Origin: an uncultured Desulfobacter sp.
GTDB taxonomy: Bacteria; Desulfobacterota; Desulfobacteria; Desulfobacterales; Desulfobacteraceae
Reading direction: 5' to 3'
NCBI GenBank assembly: GCA_963665095.1
Contig: OY762069.1
Location: 4,416,001 to 4,480,000 of the forward strand
Length of the DNA: 64,000 nucleotides
The notes beneath the pieces are model-generated. The model was not told the origin of the DNA. It saw only the letters and a program-made list of their open reading frames with translations, and made no database searches. Both the position numbers and the translations under genes were made by a program. This document shows positions 40,170-49,470 of this stretch, piece by piece (position 1 is the first letter of the stretch; every line of letters begins with the position of its first letter).

Positions 40170-40279
40170 GTTGGCGTTGTTCCCTGTTTAAACGATCGCT
40201 TTACCTTTAGTCCACGCACGGTTGATGAGGCTATAGGCCACTAAATTTATGACGAATTATCATTTTTTAAGGTGCATAT

Positions 40280-40831
40280 ATGAGATGTTTCATAGCGATA
40301 ACCTTTGACGATCATATTAAAAAGCAAATCAGGCAAATACAGAAGCGGATTCAATCATCAGGGATCAGGGCAAGCCTGCCGGCGGCTGCCACCTTTCATT
40401 TAACGCTTGCGTTTTTAGGGGATATTTCTGCTTCGTTGATTCCTGACATTCAAACAGTTATTGAAAACGCGGCCCAAGAAACCCAAAATTTCAATGTATC
40501 TTTCGATTGTCTTGGCGGATTCCCAAATACGCGACACCCTAAGGTGATCTGGCTTGGTTCAGGCCAGGCCTACCCGGAACTAACCTTGCTTCAGACCCGA
40601 CTTCAATCTGCCTTGAAGCAGTTTCTTGATATGACGGATAAGAAAAAAGGGACCCCGCATATTACTTTAGCAAGGATTCGAGGTGATTCAGGGTTAAGAC
40701 GTTTGGAGGGTATATTCAGCCTTGAAACGGGTTCAATAGATATACCCGTTAAACAAATCGACCTGGTTAAAAGCCGGTTGCGCCCTTCTGGTGCAGTCCA
40801 CACAACGCTGTTTTCCACGGCATTTGCCTAA
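40280..40831 (+). CDS. thpR: RNA 2',3'-cyclic phosphodiesterase (2H family)
   Basis: MRCFIAI, HLTLAFLG and PHITLAR 2H motifs. Confidence 0.9.
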   Translation: MRCFIAITFDDHIKKQIRQIQKRIQSSGIRASLPAAATFHLTLAFLGDISASLIPDIQTVIENAAQETQNFNVSFDCLGGFPNTRHPKVIWLGSGQAYPELTLLQTRLQSALKQFLDMTDKKKGTPHITLARIRGDSGLRRLEGIFSLETGSIDIPVKQIDLVKSRLRPSGAVHTTLFSTAFA

Positions 40832-40839
40832 ATCCATTT

Positions 40840-42903
40840 TTACAGTTTTGAAATCTTAATCGCCAGGTTTTCTTCCTGATCAGATCTCTCTTCAGCCTGA
40901 ATGGATTTCTTCTCTTCGCTGATTGATATCTGATTAAAAATACCCCCTAAACGAGTTCCGGAACTGACGGTTCCTTTGATCTGAATCAGCGGCAATCCAT
41001 CATCCTGCCTGCCCGCCTCTATATAGGCAAACAGTTGTCTCTCAAGCAGAAAAATCTCTTTTTTTGCTTTTTCCGTGGACAAAACAATTTTACTATCTAA
41101 CGCCTTGATAGCGATATCCTGTTCTTTTTTCGTGTCATTTAACGCTTTTAAATGGCCAAGAGAGCTATTCATTCGTTTATCATATGCCGTGATAAGCTTT
41201 TGGGTTTTTGCCAGGATGGCTTTGTCCGGTAAATCTTTGTTCTTTTCAAACTCAGATGACAATCGGTTTTTTTTTGCTTTTGCATTATCGTGAAACTTTT
41301 TTAGCTCTATCATTTTTTGAAAAATTTTTTCGGCTTTAAATTCAAGGTCCTGCCTGTCATTTTTCAAAGATTCTATACCAGCCATAATTCCATCTATTTC
41401 ATCAAGAATAGCACCGGCCAGCCCCACGACATGATGCGCACCCCCGGCCAAAATTGAGCAGGATGCCGTTCTTTGGCTTCCAGCCCCTGCCAGAACAACC
41501 CCTTTTTTAGCATAGATCTCTGATGAAATAACTCGGCATCTCGGGCAGTCCAGCTTCCCACTACACTTAATTTGGGAATCAATTATCTCATTTTCAATAT
41601 ATACACTACCAAAGGCCTCTATTCTGCTGTTATGAACATAGCGGGCATGCACATCTCCTTGAACACGAATCGTTGCGTCGGTAATTCCAACTTCAGAAAA
41701 GAGATCACCAATGGCCTCAAGTCTCCCCCCCCGAATTTCGTTGGCTTTTACAGACCCTGCCATAATTGGGTAAGCCCCGGTAATGGTGCCGGATACACTT
41801 AGGTTTGCATAAGGCTCAACCGGACCATACCGAAAGTCTGCATCCTCAAGCACATTTATTACAGGATGGATATAAACTTTTCTGTCAACGGACACAGACG
41901 GCACCCCGGTTTTTTTTGCCTTTATTTTCAAGCCGTCTTTTGAAAACCGCGTGTTACCACCGCATTGAACAATAAAATCATAAACAGATGCGGAATATAC
42001 AGCCTGGCCATATACATTTTCCGCCCGGACACCCAGCCCAGTATTTGTCTGCTCTGTAAGAATCTGACCTTTTCGTATTTCTGCAGGCTTAGCTTCAGCC
42101 CCATCAATGTACGAAATATATCCGTTAAGCTTTTGCAATTTATCTGAACAATCAACACAGGCAATTGGAAATTTTGAATAGCCTGCCTCCAGAAAACATT
42201 GAATGATTGAATCCGGATATACACCGTTAACCAAACCAAGCGCGCTGATAAGATCTTTTACCTGTATGAATGAATTTTCTTCCTTTTCTGTATTTCCTAC
42301 ATCTATCCAGGCACACATTTTATCAGGGCTTACCGATATACTTAGCTTTTCAGTTTTTTCGCCTGCTGTCTCGTCTTTTTGCAGCCCTTGCCTTTCCGTA
42401 GAAAAGCTGCCATTTGGCTTTTTTATATCAGAGGTATCACTCTTTTCTCCAGGCCGTTTATCTTTGCAGATTTCACGTGATCGTCGGGCAATAAAGGCTT
42501 GTTCATCAAGAACAGCCCCCTTCTGCTTTAAGGTTATGACATGTGTCTCAACAAGAATATCACCGATCAACTTCCGGTTTCGTGATTTTTTGAACGCCCT
42601 TTTCTGAATCTTTAATGCGTGAGTGATATCGTCTGCATTTGCAAAGCCCTTTTCAACGGCTCTTTTACCAAACGCTTCACCACTTTGGCGGATAATATGA
42701 TAGTCCTGGATTAATTTCAGTAGCTCAATCTGATATCTGGTTACTATCTTTTCATCCAGCAACAACTCTTCATAGGTTGTTTGACTATTCTCTTTATTTT
42801 TTGAATGAATAAGATCTACAAGGTACGCATGCTGATCTTGAGTAATTGTGCCATACTCGAGGGCAAGATCAGCCAATGAGGGAATGTTTTCAAAATGATC
42901 CAC
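40840..42903 (-). CDS. FapA/DUF342-like protein
   Basis: ISVSPDKMCAWI, ENVYGQ, beta-helix region (GDVHARYVHNSRIEAFGSVYIENEIIDSQI), coiled coil; N-terminal helical repeats (LIGDILVE). Confidence 0.65.
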   Translation of the reverse strand: MDHFENIPSLADLALEYGTITQDQHAYLVDLIHSKNKENSQTTYEELLLDEKIVTRYQIELLKLIQDYHIIRQSGEAFGKRAVEKGFANADDITHALKIQKRAFKKSRNRKLIGDILVETHVITLKQKGAVLDEQAFIARRSREICKDKRPGEKSDTSDIKKPNGSFSTERQGLQKDETAGEKTEKLSISVSPDKMCAWIDVGNTEKEENSFIQVKDLISALGLVNGVYPDSIIQCFLEAGYSKFPIACVDCSDKLQKLNGYISYIDGAEAKPAEIRKGQILTEQTNTGLGVRAENVYGQAVYSASVYDFIVQCGGNTRFSKDGLKIKAKKTGVPSVSVDRKVYIHPVINVLEDADFRYGPVEPYANLSVSGTITGAYPIMAGSVKANEIRGGRLEAIGDLFSEVGITDATIRVQGDVHARYVHNSRIEAFGSVYIENEIIDSQIKCSGKLDCPRCRVISSEIYAKKGVVLAGAGSQRTASCSILAGGAHHVVGLAGAILDEIDGIMAGIESLKNDRQDLEFKAEKIFQKMIELKKFHDNAKAKKNRLSSEFEKNKDLPDKAILAKTQKLITAYDKRMNSSLGHLKALNDTKKEQDIAIKALDSKIVLSTEKAKKEIFLLERQLFAYIEAGRQDDGLPLIQIKGTVSSGTRLGGIFNQISISEEKKSIQAEERSDQEENLAIKISKL

Positions 42904-42923
42904 GAATCCATTTCCATTGTAGA

Positions 42924-43062
42924 CCCCAGCGTTGTAGAAGTCATGAGGATTTTAGCTTGCGACATCAAGCTTGTAGCGAAAGTTTTCTTCCGCAAAAGCT
43001 TGGCGCCGAAGATGAAACTCTCATGGCTTCCCCGTAGAGTAAAATTTTATACAACGCTGGGG
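42924..43062. mobile_element. 139-bp MITE-like element
   Basis: Perfect 13-bp TIRs CCCCAGCGTTGTA / TACAACGCTGGGG flanked by a TAGA direct repeat on both sides; self-complementary interior. Confidence 0.75.
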
Positions 43063-43096
43063 TAGATTTATAGGAACGCTTAAAGGTAAAGAATAC

Positions 43097-43609
43097 TTAT
43101 TTTTCTATACCCACCCGTGCCACGACGCCTTGACTGTAATAGTGTTTTATTTCCGTCATTTCGGTCACCAGATCAGCCCGGTCAACCAAAGAGGCCGGGG
43201 CGCCACGCCCCGTAAATACCAGCTCAACATGTTCAGGTTTAATATCTGCAAGATGCAAGAGTTCTTCCTCGGTCAACAGTCCACACATACTGGCCACATT
43301 GGCCTCTTCCGCAATAATAAGGTCATGTTTACCCGCCTCAAGAATACCACAAAGCCGGGAATACCCCTTTTTACAGGCTGCTTTTTCACTCTCAGACGGC
43401 TTTCCTTTAACAAACTTGCCTGCACCGTATTGTTCAACCGTTATATTTTGAAACTTTTCAAGGGCTGTGATTTCAGAATAATCCCCCTTTTTCATAAACT
43501 GCACGATAAAAACCTGAAGACCGGCACCTGCAGCCCGAACAGCCAACCCAAGACTTGCGGTAGTTTTGCCCTTTCCATTTCCCGTGTAAATTTGTATGTA
43601 CCCTTTCAT
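43097..43609 (-). CDS. cobO: Cob(I)alamin adenosyltransferase (CobO/BtuR)
   Basis: IQIYTGNGKGKTTASLG, VQFMK, ELVFTGRGA, ADLVTEM, KHYY, ARVGIE. Confidence 0.93.
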   Translation of the reverse strand: MKGYIQIYTGNGKGKTTASLGLAVRAAGAGLQVFIVQFMKKGDYSEITALEKFQNITVEQYGAGKFVKGKPSESEKAACKKGYSRLCGILEAGKHDLIIAEEANVASMCGLLTEEELLHLADIKPEHVELVFTGRGAPASLVDRADLVTEMTEIKHYYSQGVVARVGIEK

Positions 43610-43765
43610 AACAGCGCTCCTTATCACCGCTTACCTGTTTAACTATTTTAAGCTTTATATACCTTAATACGCCTGTCTTTAACACCTGTTTCTGATTTTT
43701 CACTTAAACACCACAACCCTTACCCTCTTTAAAAAAATACTTTCCCGACGGCCATTACATCAAAA

Positions 43766-43781
43766 AGTTTCACGTGAAACT
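43766..43781. other. parS site
   Basis: AGTTTCACGTGAAACT, perfect palindrome with the canonical GTTTCACGTGAAAC core. Confidence 0.8.
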
Positions 43782-43871
43782 GTTACGAGGGCATTTTGGT
43801 TCATAATCCAAAACGGATAATTTTATTTCCTCCAGAAAAAATCCAGGCATACCGGATAGGAAGGCAGCCCT

Positions 43872-43887
43872 TGTTCCATGTGAAACA
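43872..43887. other. parS-like site
   Basis: TGTTCCATGTGAAACA, about 100 bp from the previous site. Confidence 0.7.
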
Positions 43888-44044
43888 ATCTTCCTATTTT
43901 TATAAAACCCGGCGTATTCCAACGATTTTAACCCTGCTTAGAATAGCCTTCTATTGATCTTATAAAGACAAACAAAAAGGTCTTTTGCCTAAAGCCTGAT
44001 TATTTTATTGACAATGTAACAGGTTTTATATAAGGATATTCCAG

Positions 44045-44191
44045 CAAGTTAAGGGAATCCTGTGAAAATCAGGAGCGGTCCCGCCGCTGTAAATGGATAC
44101 GGCTGGTCTTGAATTACCACTGAAGGAGTTTTTAATCACCTTCGGGAAGGTAAGACCCGCCGGTGATGCCTAAGCCAGAAGACCTGACTTG
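44045..44191 (+). ncRNA. Cobalamin riboswitch
   Basis: AAGGGAA-TCCTG-TGAAAAT-CAGGA-GCGGTCCCGCCGCTGTAA...CCACTG...CGGGAAGG...AAGCCAGAAGACCTG B12 box; P1 CAAGT/ACTTG; TTGACA at 44008. Confidence 0.93.
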
Positions 44192-44250
44192 TGATTTGCC
44201 TGTGACATCTCTGCGGAAGACGGGGATCCAGATCGTTAAAAATTTGGATT

Positions 44251-44290
44251 CATCCTTCTGTGTGACGTGCGCAGAAGGATGTTTTGTTTT
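44251..44290 (+). terminator. Riboswitch expression-platform terminator
   Basis: CATCCTTCTGTG-tgacgtg-CGCAGAAGGATG-TTTTGTTTT. Upstream GCGGAAG can pair with its 5' arm (antiterminator). Confidence 0.8.
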
Positions 44291-44352
44291 CTACAAGAAC
44301 AGGTAATCAGCGCTGTATGCCAGGCAGCGTATGAGAACCGGGGGGCGGTTCA

Positions 44353-44392
44353 AAGGGGCACTGACGAGCCAGGTCAGTGCCCCTTATTTTTT
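44353..44392 (+). terminator. Second intrinsic terminator
   Basis: AAGGGGCACTGAC-gagccag-GTCAGTGCCCCTT-ATTTTTT, 13-bp perfect stem. Confidence 0.8.
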
Positions 44393-44440
44393 CAGCCATT
44401 ACTTAAATTCCACGAATACAGGAAATCCTGGCAGTATTCC

Positions 44441-44469
44441 TTGTCTTCATTTTAAAGACCCTGTAAAAT
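44441..44469 (+). promoter_or_regulatory. Candidate sigma70 promoter of the DEAD-box helicase
   Basis: TTGTCT-N17-TAAAAT, 28 nt upstream of the ATG and downstream of both terminators. Confidence 0.6.
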
Positions 44470-44497
44470 TGACAAAAAATATCCGAATGGAAAAATT

Positions 44498-45739
44498 ATG
44501 AAATTTGAAACATACCATATTAATACAACCCTGAAAAAAAACCTTGCCGCCCAGGGCTTTCACAGGCCCACAGATATCCAGTACAAAGCGATCCCTTCTA
44601 TTTTAAATGGGGAGGATGTCCTGGCCATTGCCCAGACCGGCACAGGAAAAACAGTGGCGTTTGCAGTACCTGTTATCAATGCGCTCCAAAGCTTTAAAGG
44701 CCTTAAAAAATCAATGGGAATTCAATGCATTATCATGGTTCCCACCAGAGAATTAGCGGCCCAGATCAACGATGTGTTTATGGCCTTATGCCGCCACACA
44801 AAAATTAAACCATATGCTGTTTATGGGGGTGTGGAACAGGATGCGCAGATTCGGGCGGCACAAAAAGGGATTGATATCCTTATTGCCACGCCTGGCCGTA
44901 TGTTTGATCTGATCAGCCAGAAGGTGATTGATACCCGGCAGGTAAAAACCCTTATCCTTGATGAAGCAGACCAGATGCTTGCAAAGGGTTTTCTGGAAGA
45001 CATTCAATGCATTAAACGGTTATTAAAACAGCACCACCAGACCCTGTTCTTCTCTGCCACAATAAATAAAAATATTAAAAAGCTGGCATATTCTCTGGTT
45101 AGTTCATCTGCGGTACGGATACAGATATCACCAGATGATCCGGTGTCAAAAAATGTGTCTCACTATGTACTGGCTGTGGAAATGGATGATAAAAGATTTT
45201 TCCTGCGCAGATTTATACATGAACATCCTGACAGTAAAATACTGGTGTTTGTCAGGACTGCCGTACGGGCTGAAAGAGTTGCCAAAGCCCTGGAGAGAGC
45301 CAACCTTTATGGATTAACAATATACGGCCAAAAAGAGCAGGATCAGCGTTTGGAGGCATTGACTCAGTTTAAGTCAGGTAAAGAAAAAATATTGATTGCC
45401 ACAGATGTTTCTGCAAGGGGCGTTGATATCCCAAACGTGGATTATGTGATTAACTATGATCTTCCGGACAGGGAAGAAATCTATGTTCACAGGGTGGGCA
45501 GAACCGGTCGAGGGCGGTCAAAGGGAATAGCGGTCTCCTTTTGCAGTTCTGAAGAAAAAGAACTCTTAAATAATATCCAGACGTTTATAAACAAACCCAT
45601 TGAAACCATAAAAATGGACAAGCAGGATTATTCATTTACAACAGATGTACTTGACGCCGGACAGGACATCAGAAAGATGATCCAGGCAAACGAAGCCTGG
45701 GAAAAGAAAAAAAGAAAAAAAAGAGGCAAAAACCGCTGA
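44498..45739 (+). CDS. DEAD-box RNA helicase (RhlE-like)
   Basis: PTDIQ, AQTGTGKT, PTRELA, TPGR, LDEAD, SAT, ARGVD, YVHRVGRTGR; basic tail. Confidence 0.95.
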   Translation: MKFETYHINTTLKKNLAAQGFHRPTDIQYKAIPSILNGEDVLAIAQTGTGKTVAFAVPVINALQSFKGLKKSMGIQCIIMVPTRELAAQINDVFMALCRHTKIKPYAVYGGVEQDAQIRAAQKGIDILIATPGRMFDLISQKVIDTRQVKTLILDEADQMLAKGFLEDIQCIKRLLKQHHQTLFFSATINKNIKKLAYSLVSSSAVRIQISPDDPVSKNVSHYVLAVEMDDKRFFLRRFIHEHPDSKILVFVRTAVRAERVAKALERANLYGLTIYGQKEQDQRLEALTQFKSGKEKILIATDVSARGVDIPNVDYVINYDLPDREEIYVHRVGRTGRGRSKGIAVSFCSSEEKELLNNIQTFINKPIETIKMDKQDYSFTTDVLDAGQDIRKMIQANEAWEKKKRKKRGKNR

Positions 45740-45831
45740 TCTCCGTAGCCCCCCCCTTGGCACCTAAGTTCTTCAAAAATAATCTTTTGAAAGAACTTAT
45801 AGCCAATGACCAGCTATTTCACACACGATGT

Positions 45832-46380
45832 CTACACCCATAAATACATAAAACAGCTTATATATATAAGGGTAATTGAGGTGGCAAAGGCCATGCGAGC
45901 GCTTGACAGCCGGAAAACCATCTGGATGATTTTCACGTTTACAAAAAACGCATACAAAACAAGAACGCTTGCAAGAATCATAACGGGCAAAGAGGGGTGT
46001 CCGGCTTGAAAAAGCGCTAAAATGGGTGCTAAGGGCCAGAAAGAAACGGCAGCAGTGCCAATATAAAAATATGCTGACAGAAAATCAGCTTTCCCGCCCG
46101 CTCCTTTTAGAAAAACCCAGATAAAAAGACTGGCTCCGGCATGAACCAGAAAGGCAACCGGTATGCCGGCTATGATTATTTTGGCGATATTGGCGGAGCT
46201 TGAAAGGCCGAGATCTGCCATGATAAACCGGCTGAAAAAGGCTGCTGAAGATCCATAAATCAAGCCAAGCACCAGAACGTTCACGATACTGTATGCCTGA
46301 AGGGCTTTCAACGAGCTGTTTTTCTGTAAGAACGAAGGATTCAACCCCAGAACGTTTTTCATCGCCTTTAGATAATTCAT
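45832..46380 (-). CDS. Membrane protein, Yip1-like (about 5 TM)
   Basis: Hydrophobic helices with the GGKADF...Y loop pattern; downstream of the symporter. Confidence 0.55.
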   Translation of the reverse strand: MNYLKAMKNVLGLNPSFLQKNSSLKALQAYSIVNVLVLGLIYGSSAAFFSRFIMADLGLSSSANIAKIIIAGIPVAFLVHAGASLFIWVFLKGAGGKADFLSAYFYIGTAAVSFWPLAPILALFQAGHPSLPVMILASVLVLYAFFVNVKIIQMVFRLSSARMAFATSITLIYISCFMYLWV

Positions 46381-46495
46381 TTTCTAAACCATGTCCTTTT
46401 TCATCTATAATGAAATGGTGCCCGGGCCGTTTCCCGGGCACCGCCGGAAAATTTTTAAGTCAGGTCGTTATCCGGCTAAACCTTTAACTGTTTGA

Positions 46496-48133
46496 TTACG
46501 CCCAGGGAACAAGTCCCCAGAAGAAAATGGCAATGCAGACACCTGCCACAATAACAGGCACAGTAATCCCATTGTACCGGGTTTCTTCGTAATCCGTGCC
46601 CCAGCCGTGGATCCGGTCAATAACACGCTTATCGGCCAGCGTCGGGGCAAATGATTGAAGTGCCGATATCCGGTTAAATATTATAGACATAAGAATAAAC
46701 ATGGCAAAGCTTAAGGGAATGGTTACCATTCCGCCTGACATGCCAAGAGCGGCCACAAGCCCTTTGCCCACAACGATGGACGGAAGAACATGGGGTGAAA
46801 TAACGATGTATATCGCACCACAGATGGTGGAAGATATGATCAGAGCCAGTTTATTGGCTTCCTTCCACCAGACACCGAGCAGAATAGCCGGAGTCGCGGT
46901 GGTGGCCAGAAGGCCAAAGGCCCATAAGATACTGGTTACAAGGAACTTAGGTGGTTTGAAAGCCATCAGAATAGCCAGCAGCCCGCCCATGGCAAGTGCT
47001 GCATATCCCCATTTCATCTTCTTGGAAGAGTCCATATCCGGTGCAATAACACCCAGCAGATCAGAGCCCACAAGACCTGCAATGGCCATCAGGTTGCCGC
47101 CGATGGTGGAAAGACCTGCCGCCACAGCGCCGCCCATAACAAAGGCTGCCACAAGTGTCGGGTTATAAAATACATTCAAAATCAGAATGGTCTGATCCGC
47201 CTTTTCGATAACCCGCCCGGTGGTAGCGGTAAAAAAGTTGCCTGTAAAACCGACAACGTAAGTACCTGAAAATAAGAGCCCCAGGAAAAGAACAAACCAG
47301 ACAACGGCCCAGCGGGCGCTCTTAACAGATGAAGAGGTAAAAACCTTCATGGCCAGATGCGGCAACGCCACAGGTCCCAAGGTAAACGCAGGAATCAAGG
47401 CAAAGTACCATCTGTAATCATATTTCATATCAAAAAAGGTCGGGATAGCCTTAATCATTTCAGGAACCATATCCCCATAAGCCAGAGGCGGGAACCACCA
47501 ACCTGAAGACCCAAGCGCCTTCATGATAGCCCCCATGGGAACAACCATGGCAACGGTCATTACGACCATCTGAAACGCTGCGTTGTAAGTGGCCCCGTAC
47601 ATGCCGCCCACAGTGATAAACCCAACCGTTGCAAGACCTGCCACCACAATGGCTGTGTTGTAAGGTACGCCGAAAAGCAGCTCAAACGCCCGGCCAAGAC
47701 CAATCATCTGGCCAAGGGCATACATAATCATAATCAGGATCATCCAGCAGACAATTACCACCGTTGCCGGTTTTCCATACCTCTGACGGATAAATGTGGC
47801 AGGGGTGAATGCCTTCATCCGCCTAAGGCTTGTACCATACAGCAGGGTTAAAAGCGGTATGGATATGGCCCATTGAATCCATAGATAAACAAAAGGCACC
47901 TGAAGCTTTAAAATCAAGGCAATTACGCCCAGAAAAGTCGCCAGAGAGGCCCAAGTGGCCGCCATACCAAGACCGTTGGTTACAGGCCCGATAGAGAAAC
48001 CAGCCGCATAGAAATCCTCATCCGATGTGGTTTTTCTTGATGCGACATACCCCACGTAATAAAAAATGGCAAAAAGGATGCCCACAACCCCAAGGCCGAT
48101 CCAGACATTACTTAACGCATATTCAGCTGGCAT
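46496..48133 (-). CDS. Sodium:solute symporter (ActP-like clade)
   Basis: DFYAAG, NGLGMAATWASLATFLG, GGMYGATY, LPHLAMKVFT, AAGLST, LGVWWK. Confidence 0.88.
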   Translation of the reverse strand: MPAEYALSNVWIGLGVVGILFAIFYYVGYVASRKTTSDEDFYAAGFSIGPVTNGLGMAATWASLATFLGVIALILKLQVPFVYLWIQWAISIPLLTLLYGTSLRRMKAFTPATFIRQRYGKPATVVIVCWMILIMIMYALGQMIGLGRAFELLFGVPYNTAIVVAGLATVGFITVGGMYGATYNAAFQMVVMTVAMVVPMGAIMKALGSSGWWFPPLAYGDMVPEMIKAIPTFFDMKYDYRWYFALIPAFTLGPVALPHLAMKVFTSSSVKSARWAVVWFVLFLGLLFSGTYVVGFTGNFFTATTGRVIEKADQTILILNVFYNPTLVAAFVMGGAVAAGLSTIGGNLMAIAGLVGSDLLGVIAPDMDSSKKMKWGYAALAMGGLLAILMAFKPPKFLVTSILWAFGLLATTATPAILLGVWWKEANKLALIISSTICGAIYIVISPHVLPSIVVGKGLVAALGMSGGMVTIPLSFAMFILMSIIFNRISALQSFAPTLADKRVIDRIHGWGTDYEETRYNGITVPVIVAGVCIAIFFWGLVPWA

Positions 48134-48145
48134 AATGCCTCCTTA

Positions 48146-48436
48146 TTATTTTTCAGATTCATACTCTTTTTGGGTTTCAGGTGGAAGGGTCTGGACATAG
48201 GCTTCCAGCTCATCATCAAATTTGTTGCAGACAAGTGTCATTAAAAGACAGACAGCTGCCAGCCCGAACCAGCCCAGCAGAATGGGAACAATGTACTGAG
48301 TCGGGAACCCCCATAAGGTTCCTTGCTGAAGCACCGGGAATAACACAAAAATTGAGGCCGAATGCCCCATGAGGAGCAATAGAACAGAAAAGATAATAGT
48401 CAGACGAATCTCCTTTTTGTAGAGCTTTTCTTTCAT
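48146..48436 (-). CDS. Small 2-TM symporter partner (DUF4212/YjcH-like)
   Basis: Two hydrophobic helices, LWGFPTQY; RBS GGAG; directly upstream of the SSS gene. Confidence 0.7.
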   Translation of the reverse strand: MKEKLYKKEIRLTIIFSVLLLLMGHSASIFVLFPVLQQGTLWGFPTQYIVPILLGWFGLAAVCLLMTLVCNKFDDELEAYVQTLPPETQKEYESEK

Positions 48437-48721
48437 GATGAGAACTCCCTCCTTTTTATTACAATTTTTGTTAATGGGCCTTTGGTGTCCCATACAGTTT
48501 GCACACTTGATCGGTCTATCCCCGTTGTATTTATATAACTTTTAAACGGTTGTGCCGGAAAAGCATGCTGTCAAGAAAACCAAAAGCTTAGGTTATGCTA
48601 TTATAAAATGATTTATTAAAGGTGGGGTGGTTAGACAATCGGCTCAAATCCGATTTTAAATGTAGGGCTTTCTGTGGGGGATGGTTAGGAAATAGAACCA
48701 AAGGGTTGTAGGTTGACGAAC

Positions 48722-49402
48722 CTACAGGACATCATTTGGCTGGGTTGATATCTGTCCGGTTTTTTCGAAATGGACCGCACAGCGAACCAGTTCATTGGCA
48801 TGCTTGATATTCAGCTTTTCCTTGATTCTTTCCCTGTAAGTGCCAATGGTTTTGATACTTAAAAAAAGGCGCTCTGCAATTTCTCTGGTTGAAAATCCCC
48901 TTCCAATGAGCCTGAACACCTGAAGCTCCCGGTCAGTTAAACGGTCAATGGGGCTTTTATCACGTGATTTTGGAGGGTTAGACATGGATAAAAGAATATG
49001 TTCCTTGACTTTATCATTGAGATAAATCTTTCCGGCAAGAAGATGGTGAATGGCTGAAACAACAGATTCCATGGCCTCCTGTTTCATGATATAGCCCCGG
49101 GCACCGGCAGAAAGCGCCCGTGGTGCATAAAGATATTCATCATGCATGGACAACACCAGCACCGGAATTCTTTCGTGGTGCTGCTGAACATATTTAACCA
49201 GATCAAGGCCGTCCGATTGTTTTAAAGAAAGATCCGCAATAATCAAATCAGGCGCTGTACGATTTAATTCGTCAATGGCCTGATCGACATTTTTAGCACT
49301 GCCAAAGGCGGTCAAATCACTTTCCTGATTGATTAACTCCGTGAGGCCCAGCCGAAAGATGGGGTGGTCCTCCACAAGCATAATTTTCTTTTTTCCAGGC
49401 AT
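48722..49402 (-). CDS. NarL/LuxR-type response regulator
   Basis: VEDHPIFR, DLSL, LSMH, LTDRELQVF...LSIKTIGTYR. Confidence 0.93.
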   Translation of the reverse strand: MPGKKKIMLVEDHPIFRLGLTELINQESDLTAFGSAKNVDQAIDELNRTAPDLIIADLSLKQSDGLDLVKYVQQHHERIPVLVLSMHDEYLYAPRALSAGARGYIMKQEAMESVVSAIHHLLAGKIYLNDKVKEHILLSMSNPPKSRDKSPIDRLTDRELQVFRLIGRGFSTREIAERLFLSIKTIGTYRERIKEKLNIKHANELVRCAVHFEKTGQISTQPNDVL

Positions 49403-49470
49403 ATGCCATCCAATTTGAATGTCTGATGTGACTGTTTTATACCACCTTCCACGCATGAATGCCAGGCCTT

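Noticed and set aside
42924..43062. 6S RNA
   Set aside because: The bulge is one-sided rather than a central bubble, the length is short, and TIRs plus a target duplication favour a MITE.
44267..44455. 62-aa ORF as the riboswitch target
   Set aside because: It starts inside terminator 1, runs through terminator 2, and has no RBS or recognisable motif.
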